Positions 8,341 to 13,218 of a stretch of DNA of 13,218 bases are shown here, piece after piece. Positions within the stretch are counted from its first letter, which is position 1. Each line of letters starts with the position of its first letter. A model generated the notes under the pieces. The model was not told where the DNA came from. It made no database searches and was given only the letters and a program-made list of their open reading frames with translations. A program made the position numbers and the translations under genes. The stretch is from Octopus sinensis (taxonomy: Eukaryota). Location of the stretch: NCBI RefSeq assembly GCF_006345805.1, contig NW_021826040.1, forward strand, positions 1 to 13,218, read 5' to 3'.

Positions 8341-9519
8341 AGACTGGCGGCTAAGATCGCTTGCGCCAGGTCTTCACATCTGTTTCCGAAAATTTTCCAT
8401 AACATACAGATGGGTGTCGGTGTTAAAGGTGGCTGCGAAGCCACTGTCCACGCCGTGAGGGATTTTACAGAGTTTTCACACTCGGCTTATAACGACTGTA
8501 TTCTTGCTAAATTGGACATGAAAAATGCTTTTAATTGCATCGACCGCTCATACTTCCTTAAAGAATGCAGCAAACATAACATTCCATTACTCCCGATGGC
8601 CAGCATGTGCTACGGCTGCACACCTGAACTAATGATAGACGGACACACGATCTTGTCCTCCTCTGGGTCCAACAAGGTGACCCCCTTGGTCCATTACTCT
8701 TCTCCATGGGCGTTAACCCAACAGCACACGCCGTAAAATCACCGCTCAACGTTTGGTATCTGGATGACATTACTATTGGTGGTCCTGCTCACCAAGTCAT
8801 CTTGGATATCGAATCAATCGCTGTAAGTCTGAACAAAATTGGATTACAGTTGAACCCCTCAAAATGTGAGATCATAAACCTCAACGCCAACGAGGAAGAT
8901 TTCGCGACTATAGTGGAAAAATATCACTCAGTCTTACCGGGTGGTATTATACCAGGAAAGGGTCGCTTGAAGTCTTAGGATCTCCCATTTTCTCGGAAGG
9001 AATCGAGAAAATACTGTCCGGAAAATTATCCACTTTTGAGCTCATGTCAAGCAGGCTATCCATCCTGGACGCTCACGAAGGGTTTTTCTTGTTGAAAAAC
9101 TTCATATCACTCCCCAAGCTACAACACGTTCTCCGCTCTGCCCCCTGCTTATAAACCCTGAACTTCTCAAAGAACTGGAAACAGGGCTGAAACACAGTGC
9201 CGAAAATCTCTGCAACATTCGTTTTGACGAAGCCTCGTGGACCCAAGCCACGCTTCCAATACGATTCGGAGGCATTGGTCTCGCTCCCCAGCAGATATTG
9301 CATTACCGCTTTCCTCTCTTCTCGATTGTCGTGTGACTCACTGGTGGTTGCTGTTCTCCCCCTTTCCACTGAACGCAACGCATCCTCCTGGTATCAGATG
9401 GCAATCGAAATTTGTCGTCGAACAAAGGCCTCAAGACCACCTGCTAATTCATTCTCACAGAGATGTTGGGACGACCTGCATTCTATGTCAATTACCACCA
9501 CTTGGAAGAGGTCTCTGAT
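8341..9519 (+). mobile_element. CRE-like retrotransposon RT segment, inverted relative to its own 3' segment
   Basis: RLAAKIAC...QMGVGVKGGCEA, KLDMKNAFNCIDR, (G)VQQGDPLGPLLF, WYLDD (YLDD 8757-8768), GLQLNPSKCE, then TLPIRFGGIG. Several frameshifts. Confidence 0.92.
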
Positions 9520-10259
9520 TTATTATTATATTCTAAAGCAAATTTAACTTGGTGGGTTGCAATTAATGTATCATTAGTACAAAAATTCAAATTTCTGGGC
9601 CCGAATTATAAACCCTATTTAATAAATATATTTAATGGATTTTTTTGTTTAAATAGTTTTCTGCATGACTATCTAATAACCATCTTTTGCATATTTAAAA
9701 AAATTGAACAGAAATTGTTTGATTGGTAATGACTGATTCGTACATACCCGTCTTTAGAATAATCTACACTTTTTTTATCGCCGGCGAATGGAACTTAAAG
9801 CTGATATTCGCCGTCGCACTTTAATCAACGAAACGGGAAGAGGATATAAAAACCTGCCCTGGAGTATTGGCTAATTCTGTAAAGCTATACTTATGCAACA
9901 CGGTTTTTTTTGAAAATTCTGCTCGGCACGGAAAGGAGATCTGACAAAAATGGGAACTACTTGCTTATCTATAACCAAACTGACTACATTGTCTGCTGCC
10001 AAAAAGATATAAAAACAAAATATATTATACATTTATCACGACAGAATGAAAGACATATTTTATAAAAGGAACTCAGGAGATCAAAAAATTTTTTTTCCCA
10101 CTTGAGTTCGAGGAATTTAAACTGGCAACCAGGATCTGATTTTTTTTAGATAGGCTGTTATTATTTTTTCTTTCTTTATTAATCGGATCATTTGTTTGAC
10201 ATTAACATCCTGTCTTATTCTCAAAATGAGCATGTTTGAATTGATGTAGTCTGATTTAT

Positions 10260-12110
10260 TAAGTCGTATTGAACAAATTTTTTTTTTGTAACCAATAATG
10301 AACATGTCAAGTAAACAACTGTTTTCCCAGGACAACAACTTTTAATGGCAGCCAAAATCAATTCTTTTTAAAGGTGTGCTGTTTTTAAGACATTCTTCAT
10401 ATTTCTCGACTGCTTCGCTGATTGATCATTTGATATCACTCTCGTGTCACTGCAAGGGGCATCATACAAAACACAATCCAAGTTAAATTTCTATGTAAAC
10501 AATATTAAAACTATACAGATAGGATTTCTCGCCCACTCTTAAGACAATAACATCATATATTAACAACTTCAAGATGATGGAAATTTCCTACAAATACTTG
10601 TCATCGCTGCGTGTTTACGTCATTAGAAAATAAGACTCAAGAATTTCTCACCTTTTTATTAAAAGAAACAAATTTAACTTAAGCTAGACTATTTAATTTA
10701 GATTCATAGTCCCGATTATTGGAATCTCTCTCCTCCTTTTAGGAGAAGAGCTTGCAACCAGTTTCTCCTCACTCTCCATCTCTCAGTCAGATAGATTTTC
10801 TATTTGTCTCATATCTTTCACCGGCGCCGTGTCACGGCAGCATGTCACTCTGCAAACTGGTAAGCAGCAGCAGAGGCGTATTCTTCGGCAGATACTCTCA
10901 CTCCATGTCTGTGTTCAACTACCATGCTTCTAGAGTCCTTTTCAAAAAACAGATTGAATATAAGTTCTTGTGCTTTTTCGATCGATAATTTGTCCATATA
11001 GTTTTTGAAATATCTCGAAACAACACCGTCCCAGGTCAAGACAACCGGGATGATCTTACCTTTGCATCATAAAGTATCGAAAGTTCGTTTGCGAGCAGAT
11101 CATATTTATGAAATTTCTCAATTTCGACTTGTTTGAGGCGATCTTGTGACGTGATGCAACTTCAATTAAGGTTATCTCTTGTTTGGTTTTGTCATACACG
11201 AAGATATCTGGTTTGTTGGATTGAACTTTAGTTTCGTCATGATTGACATATCGACTCTGATTTCAACATTCTGCGTCGATATTATGGACTGAACAGAATG
11301 AGTCTTTAATTTGCTTCCTCTTTAATACCGTAGGTTCGACACAAATGAAGGTGAATGCACTTCACAACTTCATTGTGTCTCCGCAGATAATCACTGTTTA
11401 ACATCTTTACACTGCGTAGCCAAATGATCAATTGTTTTCTTGCATTTTTACAGTGACTGCATAAAGATCCCATGGATGTGAAGAACAAATTCCTATCCTG
11501 CAAGAGACAGTACAATGCTTTACTCCGTGGACCATTATTCCTTTAGATAATCACTCTGAGGATGTAGCTAAATCAACATTTTGTTCGTCTATGCATTTGA
11601 ATAGCACCGAATGTAGCATTTACAATTAATGTTCTTAAGAAAATATTTTCCTTGAGCATCTTTGATAAACTCAACACCCAAATTCTCCATGTCGAGAATT
11701 GCATACTTGGAGGCGAGAAATCCTGCAATTGTGGTCATATGCCATTTATTTGTTTTTATCACACACAGGATTCCCGATCTCCGTAAGCATACTGTCGACT
11801 GTCTTTCTAAACTTTTCATGAACTGGAAAAGTATCAGTTCACTTCTGAAAGAGACTGAAGCAAGTCCTCTCCCAAGAGATTTCCGATTTAAATATAACCT
11901 CTAAGAATTTCTCATAATTACAGCTACATATATTTTTATTAAGTTAAACATATATAAGTTGTCTTGCCACCAGGAGCAGCGCACATGTCAAAAATCCGTT
12001 GAGTTGGTTTTGGCCCGAGAGCAAGAACTGACGAGAAAATAGCTCAATTTTCATAATTAGTGGAGTCGCAAATAATCTCATTGAATTTAAGACCTCTTTA
12101 AGCTTTGTTA
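10260..12110 (-). pseudogene. NOP2: NOP2/NSUN-family rRNA cytosine-C5 methyltransferase pseudogene with two 26-nt introns, interrupted by a LINE
   Basis: VLALGPKPTQRIFDMCAAPGGKTTYI, intron 11949-11924, SVIMRNS, [LINE], *VLFSNDVNTQR*QVFVGNFHHLEVVN, GREILS, intron 10516-10491, KFNLDCVLYDAPCSDTRVISNDQSAK...AHL*K, frameshift, ELILAAIKSCCPGKTVVYLTCS. The motif order is colinear with Nop2 (DMxAAPGGKT, ND, DAPCSG, VYSTCS). At least four stops plus frameshifts. Confidence 0.9.
10651..11902 (-). mobile_element. 5'-truncated R4/Dong-like RLE non-LTR retrotransposon with 12-bp TSD
   Basis: RLYLNRKSLGRGL, LQDRNLF, CSHC...HLATQC, RRHNEVVKCIH, NKPDIFVYDK, LIEV, EKFHKYD, IIPVVLTWDG, with frameshifts. AATAAA is near the 3' end. 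Exact direct repeat aagaatttctca at 10639-10650 and 11903-11914. Confidence 0.9.
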
Positions 12111-12123
12111 GTTTGAATTAAAT

Positions 12124-13218
12124 CAGGGGGTGTCAGACATGCGACCCTTGCATGTATAGATGCGGCCCGCGAACTTTTAAAATATAAAATATTTTTAATT
12201 TTTTTTAATTTTAATTATTTTTTAATGATTAGTTTATTGTTTGACAATGTCAAGTGTTTCTTCTGAAACTAAAAACGATGTTTGAAAGATGAAAAGAGAA
12301 TGCTTCAAAAAATGGGAAATTCTCTATTTTTGTACAACGATGATTGATGCAAAATAGCTTGTTTGATATGCAACCAGCTAATCGCTGTTTGAAAAGAATA
12401 CAACTTAAAAAGGAATTTCAATTTCAATCATAAATGATACGATATTTCGAAAGTACTAAGTTTTTTATAAAAAGTCTAATGCGTGTTTAAAAGCTTAATG
12501 AGTTTCGAAATAATCTGACTTGTCACAGGCTCGTTTCAAAAAAAATTACAATTGAAGTACTGCATCAGTTACTGCAAGTTATGAAATCAGCAGAATGTTT
12601 TACTAAATGGGAAATCAATTGTGATGGTGATTTTATTAAACAATGTCTCTGAAACAGCTAAAATAAGTGTCTTGATAATGCGCATTGTTTAAAGAAATTT
12701 CTTTGACCATAAAAATTGTTGCCGAACATATCAAAAAAATTTCTTTCGCGCTTTGAAAAGCGATTAAAACCCAAATTTTGAAAATTGAATATTTTTCAAT
12801 TGCGATCGATGAAACAGTCGACGTTATGATGTGATTTGCACCATTATATATTAATCTGATAATTTTTTTTTTGTTACGAGATTTTAATAATATTATGAAG
12901 AATTCTCGAACTGCTACCAATGCACGATACTACTAAAAGTAAAGATATCTGTAAAACTACAACAATTTTGACTATGGATTTGATTTAAGGAAGCTGTATT
13001 TTTGTGCACCGATGGTGCTCCTAATATGGCTGGACGACATCTTGAGTTGCTGCTAATTGCGACATGAATAGAAAAGTTAAATCCTGGCTTATTATTTCCA
13101 CATACTGTAATAAATTTTTCCACCTATGAAAGAAAACTGGATTTGTTTTAAAGAATTTCAGGAAAGATTCAATAATTTCTCGTCTTTTTAACATGAATTT
13201 GACGAAGGCTACACAGGT
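12124..13218 (+). mobile_element. Decayed hAT transposon (SPIN/GTF2IRD2/Charlie-like), left end, running off the window
   Basis: Terminal cagggggtgtcagacatgcg...tgcggcccgcga at 12124. CLICNQLIAV*KEYNLKR (12360-12413), FSIAIDETVD (12793-12822) and CTDGAPNMAG (13005-13034) occur in order, with many stops and frameshifts. Confidence 0.9.

Noticed and set aside
9782-10150. 8-bp hairpin (cggcgaat/attcgccg) and a ~75-codon open stretch on the plus strand
   Set aside because: No snRNA, snoRNA or tRNA signature is recognisable and no protein motif could be assigned. The support is too weak to call.
10260-10650. TGA recoding suggested by three in-frame TGAs in the NOP2 relic
   Set aside because: The same region has a TAA at a conserved Gln position, frameshifts and a LINE insertion, and the TGAs fall at unrelated residue types. 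Ordinary decay explains them.

Overview
AT-rich eukaryotic DNA that is mostly nested transposon debris with damaged host genes between the elements. It contains no prokaryotic operon, RNA gene or CRISPR array. The ORF track misses most of the biology because the host genes carry very short (26-31 nt) GT-AG introns. Mobile DNA: a decayed MULE; five CRE-like non-LTR retrotransposon pieces, one with a 5' inversion whose geometry matches twin priming; a 2443-bp non-autonomous Helitron (TC...CTAG, inserted at A|T) carrying a ~94-bp x ~13 tandem array; a 5'-truncated R4/Dong-like LINE with an exact 12-bp TSD; and the left end of a decayed hAT (SPIN/GTF2IRD2-like) element. Host-derived sequence: a ~74-codon G-patch gene with the whole Helitron inside its 28-nt first intron, an inverted partial copy of that gene, a NOP2-like m5C methyltransferase pseudogene interrupted by the LINE, an isolated histone H3 N-terminal tail, and an unidentified intron-containing reading frame. 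All protein family calls come from hand translation and motif recognition, not database searches. The host organism cannot be named; the intron size only points to a compact-intron lineage.
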